Shown piece by piece: positions 48,996-62,446 of a DNA stretch of 64,000 nucleotides (position 1 is its first letter; every line of letters starts with the position of its first letter). The stretch lies in assembly GCA_031835245.2 (NCBI GenBank), contig JAVKOQ020000040.1, positions 1-64,000 of the forward strand, in the 5' to 3' direction. The DNA comes from Balamuthia mandrillaris (lineage: Eukaryota). The notes under the pieces are model-generated. The model was not told the DNA's origin. It made no database searches and saw only the letters and a list, made by a program, of their open reading frames with translations. Both the position numbers and the translations under genes were made by a program.

Positions 48996-50123
48996 TCTCT
49001 CTCTCGTTCTTCATTCGTTCCATTGCTGCTCCTTCGTTCTCATCCCACAAGCGTAAATGCAGATAGCTGGAATACATGTACCAAAGTTTTGGCTATTGTG
49101 GGCCGCGTTCTCCATCCACCAAGGGATATCCATGTTCACAACACTGCGCAACGATAGCCCTGCTCACCTCGGTAGGCCTCGATGGGTGAGCACACAAATG
49201 CGAGAGGGCTTCGTGCTGCAAAACGCCATCCTTCCAGTTGGCCTGGACAAAAACTTGTTCTACTTCCTTTTCTTGCCGTTCCTTAGTATTGCGTTTGCTG
49301 CCTCGGTGGGTATCTTGTGGGCAAGAATGAGGACAAACAGGGACTGGCAGAAGTTCATCACCACTCATCATGGTTACAAAACTTTTTCCGCTGCTCTTCT
49401 CGCTTTACTTTCTATTCCTCTAGTTCTTTCTTATGTATTTTCTTTGCAACCAACAAATAGGAGGTGAGTTAGGCCAACTTTTTGAGCGAGCTCCCAAACA
49501 GGCCATCGAACAAGCGAAACAACTTGTTATCTCTGCTTCCACGGTCAAGGTAATTAACTACCGCTCAATCTTCCTCCATCATTAACCTCCTTTCTCTTCG
49601 CCCCGTTTTCTCTTCTTTACAGACTGCAATAGCAGCGAGCATGATCTCCTCTCTCACTCTCGGTCTGGAATATAGCAGCACCAAAGCCTCCTCCAGCAAC
49701 TACATCAACTTTATGACGGCTCGCCAGTGGCACTATCCCCCTCTCCGAGAAGCCACAAAAGAGGAGCTGGACGCGCTCGACTCCGTGCTGCCCTCTCCCG
49801 GAACGCTCCTACTCAGCAGAGGAGCGGTCCTCCTGTTGGGGGCTGTTGCCATGTTAGCTGCTCTCTCTTACTCGCCTTATGTCTTTCTTCCCATGTCGGC
49901 TTCCATCTTTCCGTTGTTGACTGCTTTGCTGGAATCCCCTGCAAAGATTAGGTTTTGGGGTATGATGCAACCTCCCTCTCCCTCTTCTTCTCAACGCAAA
50001 CACATGGAGGAAGCGCATGAAGAACGTGATGAAGGAGAAAAAGAACGTTGGGGGAATGAAGAGATAACGGAATCACAAGAGGCACCCGTGGAACCAGAAG
50101 GAGATTGGCGAGATAGAAGATGA
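48250..50123 (+). CDS. Hypothetical multi-exon membrane protein
   Basis: Plus-strand ORF segments with hydrophobic helices separated by GT-AG introns, one (CT)n-filled; no family recognised. Confidence 0.5.
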
Positions 50124-50128
50124 GGTGA

Positions 50129-50159
<31 letters not shown>

Positions 50160-50347
50160 AGCAAGATAGCAAAGTGAACACACAACCATATATAAAAAAG
50201 ATTGGAACAATAGAGTTTCTATGAAATTACGATTGTGGCCAACACAAGTGTACAAACAACAAAAAAAAGAAGAAACACAATAAAGAAAGAGAAAGAAGGC
50301 AGAAACAAACCAACAAACAACTAGCTTCAACGAAGCTGCTCAGCATT

Positions 50348-53258
50348 TTAAGCAAAGGAATCATCAGAGCCGAACCAATCGCCACCTCCTTTCACTTCTA
50401 CCACGCCAGAAGAAGTGGAGCTTCCGTTCACCTGCGAACCCGTGGAAGGCAACGCCGCTCCAAAACTGCTAAAGTTGAAGGACGACGAAGAAGAAGAAGC
50501 GGATGGACTCGCTGCGCCTCCTCTTCCCCCAAAGGAAGAAGCTCCGAAAAAGTCGGCCGTCACATTCGAATCTACACCTCCAGAAGCTGCCGACCCGAAA
50601 AAGTCGCCTCCTTGTTGTTGAGGTGGACGATAAGCTGCCGCCGAAGCAGAAGGAGAACCGTAACCGGATCCTCCTCCGAAAAAGTCGTTCGTGGATGAAG
50701 AAGCAGCCGCTTTGTTACGAGCGGCGAGTTGAGCTCTTTCTCTCTCGACAGCTGCCATTTGCTCGGCGAGAAGCTTGCTTTGAGCGGCGGCGTTGGCTGC
50801 CTGTCCCTCCAACAACATAACTTCTTGTTGGAGTTTAGCGCTGCTCTCCTGCAAGGAGAATAGCTGCTTCTGCTGCTGTTGTTGAGTTTTGTGCAGCTCG
50901 GCGCTTTTGTTTTTCAGCTCCTCGCGTTTTCTTTGGGAGGCGGCGATGGCGTCGTCCAAGTTCTTCATTTCTTGCTTTTGGCGGTTGACGATGTCCTGAT
51001 TCTCCTTGATTTGTTGCTGTAGCATTTGCTCCAGTTTGTCAGCTTCTTGCTTTTGCTTCAATCGTTCCTGTTATTTTTGTATTACATTAAAATTTTTGTT
51101 TACACAACAGAGAGAGAGAGAGAGTGAGTGAGAGAGCAGCGAGGGGAGAGGGACAAAGGGAGAAGATGAGTAAACAAAAGGAGAGACGAAAGATTGAACG
51201 TACGTCATAAAGTGACTTAAGAGACTTTCTTTGCTCCGTCAAACCATCAATCTGTTGCTTCAACAAGTCAGCATTGGCCTTGGCTGTGGAACTGCGTTTC
51301 TTCTCCGCCTCCAAATCGCTCTGCAGCTTTTGCACTTCGCTGTTGAGCTTTTGGAAGGTGCTGTTCAAGGCGTTGAGCTCAGCTTCGATCGCTTCTCTTC
51401 TCTTTCTCTCCTCTTCCACTTTCCTTCTCTCTTCGTCTCGCTTCTTCTGCTCTGCAGCGACCATCAGTTTGACATCCTCCAGCTTTTTCATTCTGGGCTC
51501 TTCTTCTTTCGGGACGCTGGCAAAGGAATCGCTTGAAGGGAAGAACGAGGAAGCAGCAGCAGAGGATGAAGAGGAGGACGGAGGATGGTAGGAAGGAGAA
51601 GAGAAAGAAGGAGGTGCGCCGGAAGAGGGAGCAGGGGAGTGATAAGGATTCAATGTTGGAGGCAAAGTGTCCGGAAGGGCGAGACCCTTAAGCTTCGCGT
51701 TGATGAGGAACATGGCCACCATGAACTCTTCCTTGTTTAGTTGGCCGTCCTTATCGATGTCAGAGAGAGCCCAGATCTTGGCGAGGTCTGACACGCCCAA
51801 GTTGGAGCGGCTAAAGAGGGTGCGGGCTTGTTCGCCGGTGATGCGACCAGCTTTGGTCTCATCAGCTCTTTCAAAGATGCTCTCGTACTTTTGTCGTTGG
51901 TCCGCTGTTATCACCCATTGCTATTGCACGAGTGAGAGGAGGGAAAGGGTTAGATGAAGGATTTAAAACTTGCAAAAAACAGCGGGGAAAAAAACGTACG
52001 TCATCAGCAGAAGGGACAGGAACAGGATGAGAGAATCCAAAAGAGCCCGGAGGCGTCAACCCACCGCTGCCGGCAGCAGCAACAGAGCTGCCATGGGAGG
52101 TCAAAGGACTGCCCCTTGATGCCGGTTGTGCGATCGTCTTGGTGGCAGCTCCACTCCATGTGGCTGCTGCAGAGTGGAGATCAGTTCCATGAGGAAGCGA
52201 AGAGGGAGGAGCCGCTCCCCAAGAACCAGGTGGAGCTCCACCTGCCCCTTGCGACAATGGAGATGGTTGGAAACCAAGGGGAGCGCCACCAGAAAGAGGC
52301 GCCGCCATCGTCGAGGGACTGCTTCCACTGTTGAGAATGGAGGCGGGCAACACGTCGGGAAGGGTTCTGCCTTTGAGGCGAGCGTTGATGAGATACATGG
52401 CGATGATGAACTCTTCCTTGTCGAGGCGGCCATCTTTGTTTTGGTCAGAGAGGGTCCAGATCTTGCCAAGGTCGCCGCGGTCGAGGCCAGAGCGGCTAAA
52501 GAGGTCTCTGGCGTGGGCACCCGTGACAAAGCCGGTCTTCTTCTCGTCTGCCTTCTCAAAGATCTCGGTGAACTTGGCTCTTTCCTGTGGTGAAATGACC
52601 CAGTCCTCTTCGCTGGCAGGTTTGGAGTTAGAGAGAGGAGCACCTGAGTTGGAGCCTGGAGCATTAATGCCTACGGTGGTTACTTCCGGCGCGAAGAAAG
52701 CTGGCGAACAGAGGGAAAAAAAGGTTAATGCTTTGGGAGAGAGGAGAAGAGCATAGAACAGCGCAAAGCAGAGGAAGAGGAAGAGAGAGTAGAAACAACA
52801 AGGCAAACGAAGAGAGAAAGTAGAGAAGAGGGAAAAGAGCATACGAGGGGCATGCTGAGGGGCGGTCAAAGGCTTGCCCTGACGAGCCAAAGAAATAAGG
52901 CGAAGGGCGATGTAGAAGGCTTCTCTGTCCAAACTTCCCTTTCTCTGACTGTCTGCTAGTTGCCAAATCTGTCGATTTAAAAAAAACAAAAGTTAGTTTT
53001 GATCTTTTTTGTTCTGCAACACACACACACACACACACACATCGAAGAGAAAAAAAAGATTTTGTTTGTTTGGATGGGTGTGTGTGCTGTTTGAGGTACC
53101 TCACTCAATTTCTTCTTTTCGAGGCCAAACTGGAGGAGGAACTGGGCGTCGGCAGGGCCAATGCGCCCGTCCTTGTCGCCATCCGCCAGCAGGAACAGAG
53201 CGTCGTAGTGCTCCTTCTCTTGTGGCAACAGGTGCTGCGAAATATTGCCACTGGACAT
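50348..53258 (-). CDS. Eps15/Ede1-like endocytic scaffold: three EH domains, coiled coil, DFF-motif tail
   Basis: Repeated EH signatures (LAKIWALSDIDKDGQLNKEEFMVAMFLI, LGKIWTLSDQNKDGRLDKEEFIIAMYLI, IWQLADSQRKGSLDREAFYIALRLI), heptad region, and DFFG/DWFG motifs. Confidence 0.9.
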
Positions 53259-53629
53259 CTCTCTCTCTCTCTCTCTATGTGTGTGCAAAAGTTTTTTTTG
53301 TGTTGCGCTTTGCTGCCTCTCCCTTTGGCCTCTCTCCTCTTTATCGCGCCACACAATTTTTTTGTGTTGGCAACCAAAAAAAACTAAAAAATAACAAAAA
53401 ATTTTCTTGTTTTGTATAAACCGATCGATATATTGTTGATCTTTTTGAAAAATTCGAGACTTTTGATGGAGCAGGACAATATTTATATATTCAGAAAACC
53501 AATAGAAAATCGATCTGAATCTGTCGACAACCGATCGTGAAGTTGATCTGATCGATTTGATTTCAAAAGAGCCACTCCAAAATCAAACAATTACGTTAGG
53601 AGAAGATTGATCTTTGGCGGAAGACAGAA

Positions 53630-53939
53630 ATGAAGTATGGAGAGAATGAGTTGACGAAGAAGCTGGTCCTGGCCGGTATCAAGGAAGAGAGGGCCTTGGC
53701 TTACGCGCAGATTCTTCTGCACCACAAGGTTCACGACGATGAAGCCCTGTTGGGCCTGACCCATCAATCCCTCAAAGACATCGGTTGGAGTTCCTCCAAA
53801 CTTTTTTGTTTGGTGCTTTTTGTTGTCGTTTATTCATCAATGCTTTTCTCTCCTCTCTTCCAATGGGTAGGCATCACCTCTGTTGGACACAGGCTACGTG
53901 TGCTCAGCCTTAAAGGTTACGTTCTTCTCAATTTTTATG

Positions 53940-53970
<31 letters not shown>

Positions 53971-54752
53971 ACCTTTTGCCCTTCGCCATGCTTTGTTCTT
54001 CTCTCTTATGTTCTCTTTTTGTTTTGTTGCAATGCCTCTTGCCTTCAACAGAAAAACTGAAAGTGAAAAAGGTGCTTGAAACGTTTTACTTCTTCCACGA
54101 CTCTATCATTCGTTCACTTTCTGCCAACGGCTTCATATTCACAACCTTCTGTCAAAACCAAACAACCAATCCAACATGAACAGTTGGCGGATGCTACGGT
54201 TGGATCTTCTGTGGACGATCGGCTGAAAAGTTGGCAACAGTACATTGACTTTCTTGTGGAGAACAATGTAACACGGTGCCTTATTTGCAGCAGGAAAGAT
54301 GGCACCCTCTGGGCCTCTTCTTGGGGCGTCTATAGCACCCCTGTTCGTAACATCTTCCTTCTCTTCCCTCCATTCTTGTGTTTGTTCCCTAGTTTCTCTC
54401 TCTCTCTCTCTCTCTCTCTCTTGCTATCTCTTCAAGTTACGCTGCTGACTGGCTTTATTTCTAATAGATAACAAAAGAAGAAAGAGCTGCGCTTTGTGAA
54501 TTGTTCAACAAACCAGAGGAACAACGAGCACAAACCGACCTAACATTGGACAAAGTCATTTACCAAGCGCGTTACTTGGAGAAGAGCCCAAATGGTTGCC
54601 TCTGTGTGGAAGGTCGCAGCCTACAGGCATCTTCTGAGAAATGGGTTTGTTACGGGAGCAGAGATGCCCTGGTGTTTGGCTTCTACGCTGGGGACGTTAC
54701 CTTGCGGATCGTAGAGCACATCGCTGGTCACTTGTACGATTATGGCTACTGA
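53630..54752 (+). CDS. SAM domain fused to a divergent profilin-like domain
   Basis: SAM: LLGLTHQSLKDIGITSVGHRLRVL (spliced). Profilin-like: SWQQYID.LV..CLICSRKDGTLWASS..ALVFGFY..VEHIAGHLYDYGY-stop. Confidence 0.72.
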
Positions 54753-54940
54753 GAATCTCCCATATTGTCGATACGAGTTAATAATTGTCGACAAAAATGT
54801 ATTCGCCAATGTGAATTCAAACGAGTGAAGCCTTTTGAATTTTTGTTGGTTATTAGCAATTGTCGACAACGATAATTATTTGGTTCACCAAAAAAAAAAT
54901 GAAAAGAAATAAAAGAAAAAGAGAAGAGAAAAGAAAAAGA

Positions 54941-55727
54941 ATGGCATCCACTTCAACCCAATGGAGAGGCCCGTTTACCAAGCGACAGTTCTGTCAGGGC
55001 GCCGGCCTGGTCGTAGAAGGCAAGATCAAGGAAACCCGGGTCCACTCCATGTTCCTTTCCGCCGATACCCAATCCTCCACCATTGAGCGACAGGAGGACA
55101 ATTTGCCCACCCGTTTCCACGTTTTCGTGATGGAGGTGGAGAAGGCCTACCCTCGCCTATTCGTGGAGAAACGGGGAGAGCAGGCGGAAGTGGACTATGT
55201 GTCTAATGAGCCGGGGGTAAGCGGCTACGTGGCGCCCGCTACCATCTCCATGGACGCCCTCAAGCAAAAGGTTGGCGGCGGCTCTGGACATGCCCTCCCT
55301 AATGGCCTGCTTGACTCTCGCCGTGGTTTGTGTTTTATTTTTTTTTGTGTGTGTGCGCTTGTTTCTGTGCTGTTTACTATCTCTTCTTGTTCTTCTTTGC
55401 TCCTTGGCTTATACTTTGGGTATCATGCTAGGAAACCTTCACCCGCGTGTCCCCAAGCTGTTCGAGTTTTGGTGCGACAGCGCCAAACCTAGAGCCAAGG
55501 ACGTATCTGCCGGTCACGAGCTTCGCGTGCTGACCTTGGGCGACTCCATCTTTGTGGACGGCTTCCAAATGCTCAACGCCAAGGTCAACCTCTTCCAACG
55601 CGGAATGGGTGAGGGCGGGCAGGCGCTCAGCGATGCATGGACCAGCGGAGTGTTGGAGTATAAGGAGGACGAGACCCTGGAAGCGGACCTGCGAGAGGGC
55701 TGCGATGAGGATGAATGGTCGGACTGA
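54941..55727 (+). CDS. Hypothetical protein (two exons)
   Basis: Two GC-rich coding-like segments separated by a T-rich GT-AG intron (~55325-55431); no family recognised. Confidence 0.55.
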
Positions 55728-56028
55728 AACCTTCCGAACTCGAGAAGAAGGAAGAGAAAGGAATGGGTAATGCTTCTTTCTTCGATTATTGCTGTTGAAC
55801 TCTTTTTGTCGATTAATCGGAATCATTGTTAAAAGATTGGAATTGAATCGCCAATTTGTAAACAATCGCGAAAATTACGAATTATTCAAGTTTTTATCCA
55901 TCCCCGAAAATACTTTCCAAAGAAAGGAAAAATATTAAATTAATATCCGAATTGTTGAAAAAACCGGAATGCAAGAATGCACTCCTTCGTAAAAGAAGAA
56001 CAAAAACAACCACAACAAAAATAAAAAG

Positions 56029-56656
56029 ATGGCCTCCCAGCCCTCCATGCTCTGCGTTACGTTGCCTCTCGGTTTCCTCCTGCTCCTCACCTCTTTCTTT
56101 GTCTTCTTTCCAGCCCCTACAGCAGCGACCAACCTCATCCATAATTCCATCGGTAACGCTCCGCGAGAGACCCTGCTTCAAAAGCTGTATGCCACCGTGC
56201 AAGGCTCGCAGTACAAGAAAGACCAAAGCTACTCCCCTCCCTTTTGGTTCGAGCAAAAGGGACTCTTTCACAGCGACATCCACCTTAACGTGGCCGGAGG
56301 GGAGGCCATGGCCCTCTTCCGAAACTTGCTCAGCATTCCCGATATGAACTTCTTCACCACTGCTTTTATTCTAGAGAGTGTTTTCGAGGCACAACGCCTT
56401 CGTGAGGGTTTTTTGAAGAGAACGACACCGGAGGAGAACTGTTGGTATAGTTCGTTGGGGAAGGAGCAGGTGTTGGATGCTGTCAACGCCATGAGTGGCT
56501 ATTGGGACAGAAATGAGGGACCTGGTACTCCTATGAGAACGTTTTGGCCCCAAGTGAAGGTATTTTCTTTCTCTCTTTATACCTTTTCTTCTTCTCTCAG
56601 CTTCTTTCTCTTTCTTTCTTCTTCCAGCTTTCTTTTTGTTTTCGTTTCCGTTTCCC

Positions 56657-56691
<35 letters not shown>

Positions 56692-58540
56692 TCTCTCTCC
56701 CTCTCTCTCTCTCTCTCGTTTTCCTTACTCTCTAAAAACTACAAACAAAGGAGAATGGAACGTGGGTAACACGTCCCATCAACATCTACAACCTGATCCT
56801 CACCGAAGGCAGTTTCGCGAACGCCATTCACACGCTGTTGGACGACCTCGGATTGGACTTTCTCTGGCAAAAGATAGCCACCGTTTTGGACACTCCGCAT
56901 TTCTATTTGCACGCCTTTTATCTTCCTTGTGACTTTGATGACAGCGCTGCAAACATCGCAGTTGGTGCATTGCTGAAGCATCACCAACAGTGTTACCCAG
57001 AGGCATTTGATGCTTGGAATAAGGGTGCTTTTCTTTCGTTTTTTGTTGTTATTCTTTTCTTCTCTGCTTCTCTTCTCTCATCTTGCTTCTTCTTTTTCGT
57101 GTTTTCTTCTTCTCGCTCTCTTTCTTGGATTAACCCTATGAAAAGGAAACAACAACTTAACAGCATTCGCTGAGAAAATAAAGCGGTACTCCTATCAACC
57201 TTTCAGCAAAAACCTTGACAACAACGCAATAGATCCACGTACCTACTATTTCATGCACGAATACCTGGAGCAGAAGCAGAACCAAGCCAAGCAACGCGGT
57301 GAGGTTCCCGATGTTCGTCTTGTGGCCACTTGGTCGCTCAGCCTTAGCGAAACCACCAAAATGGCTCCTATTCCCGGAATGCCGGGCAATGTAAGTGTTT
57401 GCTCTTCTTCTTCTTCTTCTTCTTGTTCTTGTTCTTGTTCTTGTTCTTTTTTATTTTTCTTCATCTCCTCCTTCTTCTTGATGTTGTCACTCTTGTAGTC
57501 CTTATGTTTCTTCTGCTTGTTTTTCGCTCTTCCTTCTTCTCCTTTTCTTTTGTTCGATGCTTAAACTCAATTTCTTTCGATAATAATAATAAACAGATAA
57601 ACAACGTAGACGCTAGTGTTGCTGCAAACACTATCTATGGTATCACCACCGCGCTTCTCTTCAATCTTTCTTCATCATCGCCTTCCAAAGGTGGAAACAA
57701 TGATGAATGGTTCGACAAAGAACTTCAGCAGATCTACCAAGACTCAGCAGAGTACGTCCGTTGGACGATTACAAGCGGTCAAATGGTGAAACGGCCTGAC
57801 ATCGGATTGCTCTACTATCCTTCCCTGTACGACCATTACTGGTTCATCGCCCGTCTGGTGTTCCTATTGGACACGTCTTCCCCATCTTCTGTTAAGGCTC
57901 TCTACGCACGATTTCCGGTTGTTCAAAGAGTGAAGAACATGTTTGAAGAAGTGATGAGCTCTGCTGGAACCAAGCAGTTGATCAGCTTGGCTACTGTTGA
58001 GGAGGGTAACGGATATATCTATTGGGACGACTTCCTTGGCGATGGAGATATAGGCAAGTCTCTCTGCGTATCGTTCTTTGTTTTTGTTCTATTCTCTAAT
58101 CGTAAAGGCATGCAGACATATTCGGTCAACCGCTGAAAAGAGGTGAAGACAGACTGTTCTCGACAGCGATAAGTGTTATTGCTCTCATTGACACTTGGAC
58201 AACGCCCGGTGCTGGCACGAATTCTCCAAAGTTACAATGGAAGAGCGGCACTCCCGCACAGGTGAAAGATTACCTGCCAAGAGCAGTCAAATTCTTAGAA
58301 GACAACATATACTCTTGGAGCTATCGCGTATCCAACGCATTCTTCTCAGGTGCATTCGTCCTCTCCTCTTTTTTTTTCCATCGAAAAACTAACCATCACT
58401 TTAGGATCTATCAAGGGGTTGTCAACGTTATCTTTCTTTTATCCACTCAACTTTGCCATGTGGGCGAATGGAACCATGATCAAAAACTTGACTTTGGAGG
58501 ACATTCTGGAGGGAAAACATCCTACCGTAGGAGTATCGGG

Positions 58541-58587
<47 letters not shown>

Positions 58588-58847
58588 TATGTCTAACATG
58601 TTTTGCAACAAAAGGATTCATTTCATCCGATGTGTACCAACAGATGATTGACAATCCTCGCTTTCCAGGCTATCCCGTGCCTCAAACTTTTCCTGGATAC
58701 AACCACCAGGAAGGGGATATCTTTATCTTGTTTCCTTACTGGTCGAGCGACCCTTTGACCTACTCCATGACTGCATTGGCCATCACCAAATTTTCAGCCA
58801 TACCTTCTACTGCCAACGGTGATAACATTTCCACAATCACTGTCTAA
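56029..58847 (+). CDS. Hypothetical secreted protein, multi-exon
   Basis: N-terminal signal-like hydrophobic stretch; consecutive spliced ORF segments (DFDDSA, NNVDASVAAN, LLYYPS, WDDFLG); function not recognised. Confidence 0.65.
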
Positions 58848-58923
58848 TAGCTCAAAGCCCTTCTTCTTTATTTGTAGTTTGTATTGTGTATTCTTGGAGT
58901 ATTGAAGAAAAGACTTCTTCCTG

Positions 58924-60999
58924 TTAGCATTGCCACCATTTCTCTAACACGCAGTTGATGGCTACTCCTAGTCCCATGCTCCTGTAATTTGATAGGGCTC
59001 TCTGGTCCATGGGGCAATCGTTGTTGTACAGATAGTGCAGTACTGCCAATCTGCTCTTTGTTGCTGCTGCGGTGAAGGCGCTTGCTTCACATGGGGCGCC
59101 ATGTCCACGCAACCACTGCAAAGCCTCCAAGTGGCCACCAGCTGCTGCCTCCGCGCAAGCTGCTTCATTCCAAGGGCATCCAACCTTCCGAAGCCATTTC
59201 ATTACCTCCAGGTGGTTTCCATTCGCAGCAAGCTGAAACATAGCAGCACTCCACGGATGCCCAGCTGTTCTCATCAGCTTGAACAACTCGAAGAGCTCCT
59301 GTTTGCTTAACACCACGCTTTCGAGCACAATGGGAATGGGGTGATCGCCCTCTGCCCAGTGAGGAAGCCACGGGTATAAGTTGTCCACTGCCCAACGGAC
59401 CACATCCAAATGTCCGTTCTGCACAGCAGCGTCACAACTCTGGGGATCCCACCTGCATCCATTCTCCACTGCCCATTTCAGCACGTTTAGGCATCCCTCT
59501 TGAGCCGCTATGTTTGCTGTTTCTGCAGTCCATGGGCAGCCCGCCTCTCGTGCCCATTGCAGTACCTCCAAGTGGCCGTTTCTGGCAGCATTGAAACAAA
59601 CCTTGTCGTCCCAAGGACATCCGTTTTGTCGTAACCATTTGAGAATGTGCAGCTGTCCCTTCAAAGCAGCCTTGGCACATGTAGTAGTGCTCCAATCACA
59701 GCCTTGCTCTCTGGCCCATTGCAAAATGTTTAAGTGGCCCGCCTCTGCTGCTCTGCCACATGTAGCGGCGTTCAATGGAAAGTTGTTTTCCCTTGCCCAG
59801 AGTAGAACATCCAACTTCCCTTGCTTGGCGGCAGCGGGGCAAACAACTGCACGTGCTGCAGGTCCGAAAGGTGGTCCACCCCAGTTATCAACCACCCATT
59901 TCAAAACGTCTAAGCCGCCTACCACAGCGTTCCGCAGAAGCCTGACCTGTGCTTCAATGGCTATCTCCCATTCAAAGCCCATGTCCTTCGCCCAGTTGAG
60001 CATTGCAAAGTTCCTATTTTTTGCTCCCCATTCATAAATCTCATGCTGGTCGTGGTAAGGAGGTCCCACCTCCTTCACCCACCAACGAAGCATGTCCAGG
60101 TTGTCTGCCCTTGCTATGAATTGAATTCCTTGATTACCATGCTCAGCAAAGTCCCTCTCGGCATAGTAGGAGACAATCCACTTCACAATCTCCATGTCTG
60201 ATGATTCCATGGCGTAGATGAGCATGGTTTCAGGTCTGCACGGACAGCCGTTCTCCACCGCCCAACGCACCACCTCTAGGTGTCCCTGTTGCGCAGCAGA
60301 GTTCACCGTGAACTCATCCCAAAGGCAGTCATGTTTGCGAAGCCACTTGAGCACCTGCAAGTGGCCGCCTTCCCCTGCGGCTGCGCACACCTCTTCGTCC
60401 CAAGGGCAGCCGTTCTTCCTCGCCCATTTGAGCAGCTGCAAGTGGCCCATTACGGCTGCTCTGATGCACGTTCTTCGGTCCCAATGACCGCCGTTGGCTC
60501 GCGCCCATTTGAGCAGTGCCAACTGGCCGGTCAAGGCTATTGCTGCTGAGACGTCTCTGTCCAGAGGGCAGCCATTGTCCACTGCCCATTGCAAAAGGGG
60601 CATGGAGCTGCACACTGCTCGTTGGGACAGTCGGTTGCGTAGCTTTGGCGGAGCACCAACAAACCAAGCACGGCAGGTCCTTGCGGCGATCGCCACGAAA
60701 GCAGGAGGCAACGCGCTGAACAAGGCGACCACCAATTCCTCTGGTAGCTCTTCCCAACGCCCACTTCCCTGCAGCAAGGTGAACGCCTCTTTCTCTTCTC
60801 CTTCGTCCCTCTCTTCTTTCATGGAAGAAGCAGCACAAACTCCGGCTGTAGCCGAACTCGACGAAGGCGTGCTGCTCACTCCTGGTTTGTTCTGTCCATG
60901 CAGGAGTTGGTGTTCCAGCGAGCGTACTTTCTCCTGAAGCCCAGCGACAGACTCGGCCAAGGAGCGCACCTCCTCTCGCAGATCCTCGTTCGCGGCCAT
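58924..60999 (-). CDS. Intronless F-box-like + ankyrin-repeat protein (GHLxxLxWARxxGCPW type)
   Basis: 691-aa uninterrupted ORF; WEELPEELVVALFSALP is F-box-like; more than 10 repeats of AAxxGHLxxLxW(A/L)RxxGCPW. Confidence 0.9.
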   Translation of the reverse strand: MAANEDLREEVRSLAESVAGLQEKVRSLEHQLLHGQNKPGVSSTPSSSSATAGVCAASSMKEERDEGEEKEAFTLLQGSGRWEELPEELVVALFSALPPAFVAIAARTCRAWFVGAPPKLRNRLSQRAVCSSMPLLQWAVDNGCPLDRDVSAAIALTGQLALLKWARANGGHWDRRTCIRAAVMGHLQLLKWARKNGCPWDEEVCAAAGEGGHLQVLKWLRKHDCLWDEFTVNSAAQQGHLEVVRWAVENGCPCRPETMLIYAMESSDMEIVKWIVSYYAERDFAEHGNQGIQFIARADNLDMLRWWVKEVGPPYHDQHEIYEWGAKNRNFAMLNWAKDMGFEWEIAIEAQVRLLRNAVVGGLDVLKWVVDNWGGPPFGPAARAVVCPAAAKQGKLDVLLWARENNFPLNAATCGRAAEAGHLNILQWAREQGCDWSTTTCAKAALKGQLHILKWLRQNGCPWDDKVCFNAARNGHLEVLQWAREAGCPWTAETANIAAQEGCLNVLKWAVENGCRWDPQSCDAAVQNGHLDVVRWAVDNLYPWLPHWAEGDHPIPIVLESVVLSKQELFELFKLMRTAGHPWSAAMFQLAANGNHLEVMKWLRKVGCPWNEAACAEAAAGGHLEALQWLRGHGAPCEASAFTAAATKSRLAVLHYLYNNDCPMDQRALSNYRSMGLGVAINCVLEKWWQC

Positions 61000-61136
61000 A
61001 CACCTTTATAACTTTTAGCAATAAAAATCGAGAGTTACGAATTTATCGTTGCCGAACCGCTAATTTTTAATAATCATAATATTTTCAATGTTATTCATAT
61101 TTATCGGCAATCGCAAGAAAAATATTGGAGAAGAGA

Positions 61137-61201
<65 letters not shown>

Positions 61202-61236
61202 CAAGTGTTGCTCGTTCGAGGTTGGCTGTTGTTGGT

Positions 61237-61871
61237 TTAGGCGACGCTATCCACTCGGGTCACTTTGTACAAACGAATGCCCAGAAAGATGGCCACAATG
61301 ATCGCCACTATGGCGATGGTCCATCCGAAAGCGAGTCCCACCGCCAATCCTTTTCTGTCAGCACCACCATCACCACCGTCGTGATGGTCCTTATCATCGG
61401 TGTCAACATCATCAGCATCATCGGAGGAAGAAGAGGCGGAGGATGCAGAAGCGGTGGAAGAGGAAGAGGCAGAGGTGTCTTCGCAATCGCGGCTGCGAAA
61501 ATCGTTGTTGATGTTCAGCGTGGTAGGAGGAACAAGCTCATCAAAAGACTTTTGAGGATCAGCTACTCCGATCACTCCCATCATTAGTCTTGGTCCTGGT
61601 GAACCTGTTTGCCAAAAAATAAATGGGTCAGCTCCATGAAGGACAGCCACGAAGCGGACAACAAGAACAGACCATTAGCATCGCAGCCCTTGCCATCGCC
61701 ATGATCCCTATCGTCGAAGATGACGATGGATCGACCAATGATGTCGGACAAAGACTTGATGTTGGGTTCGTCTCTCATATACCAGGCAACACCCTCCGAA
61801 TCATAACTTTGGATATTGCCCTTTTAATAAGAAAGAGGATAGTGTAAGAAATCAAGAGTACAAACAGAGAA

Positions 61872-61916
<45 letters not shown>

Positions 61917-62056
61917 ATACAGAACATACCAAATCACCCCAAGGACGAGGTACAACAGGGGGCAAGTGATGAGCATGAGCATCAGGATTGTATCTCTCTC
62001 CAGCAGTATTTCCTGCAGAATCGCTGACATCGCCATTCTGAATGAAGCCACGTAAA

Positions 62057-62099
<43 letters not shown>

Positions 62100-62408
62100 T
62101 GAGAAACACGAACGTGATGAATGCCGATGGCATGAACGGTTCCAGCCTTCAGTCCTTCAATTCGAGCAATTATTTGTAACACTCCTGAATTCTGTTAAGC
62201 AACATAAGTAAACCAACAAACAGAACATCAAAACATAACTATTGAAAGGGTGTTACCTTTCTGCGAATAAGCACGGTTCCAGATAGTTGCAGGTTGCGTT
62301 CCCTTGCACGTCTCAACGGCTGAAGAACAGCAACAGCCTGTCTGATGTTTTCATCTTCCACTGCATTTCAACATTAGACCTTTTTTCAGGAACAGCGAGA
62401 AGAGACAC

Positions 62409-62446
<38 letters not shown>

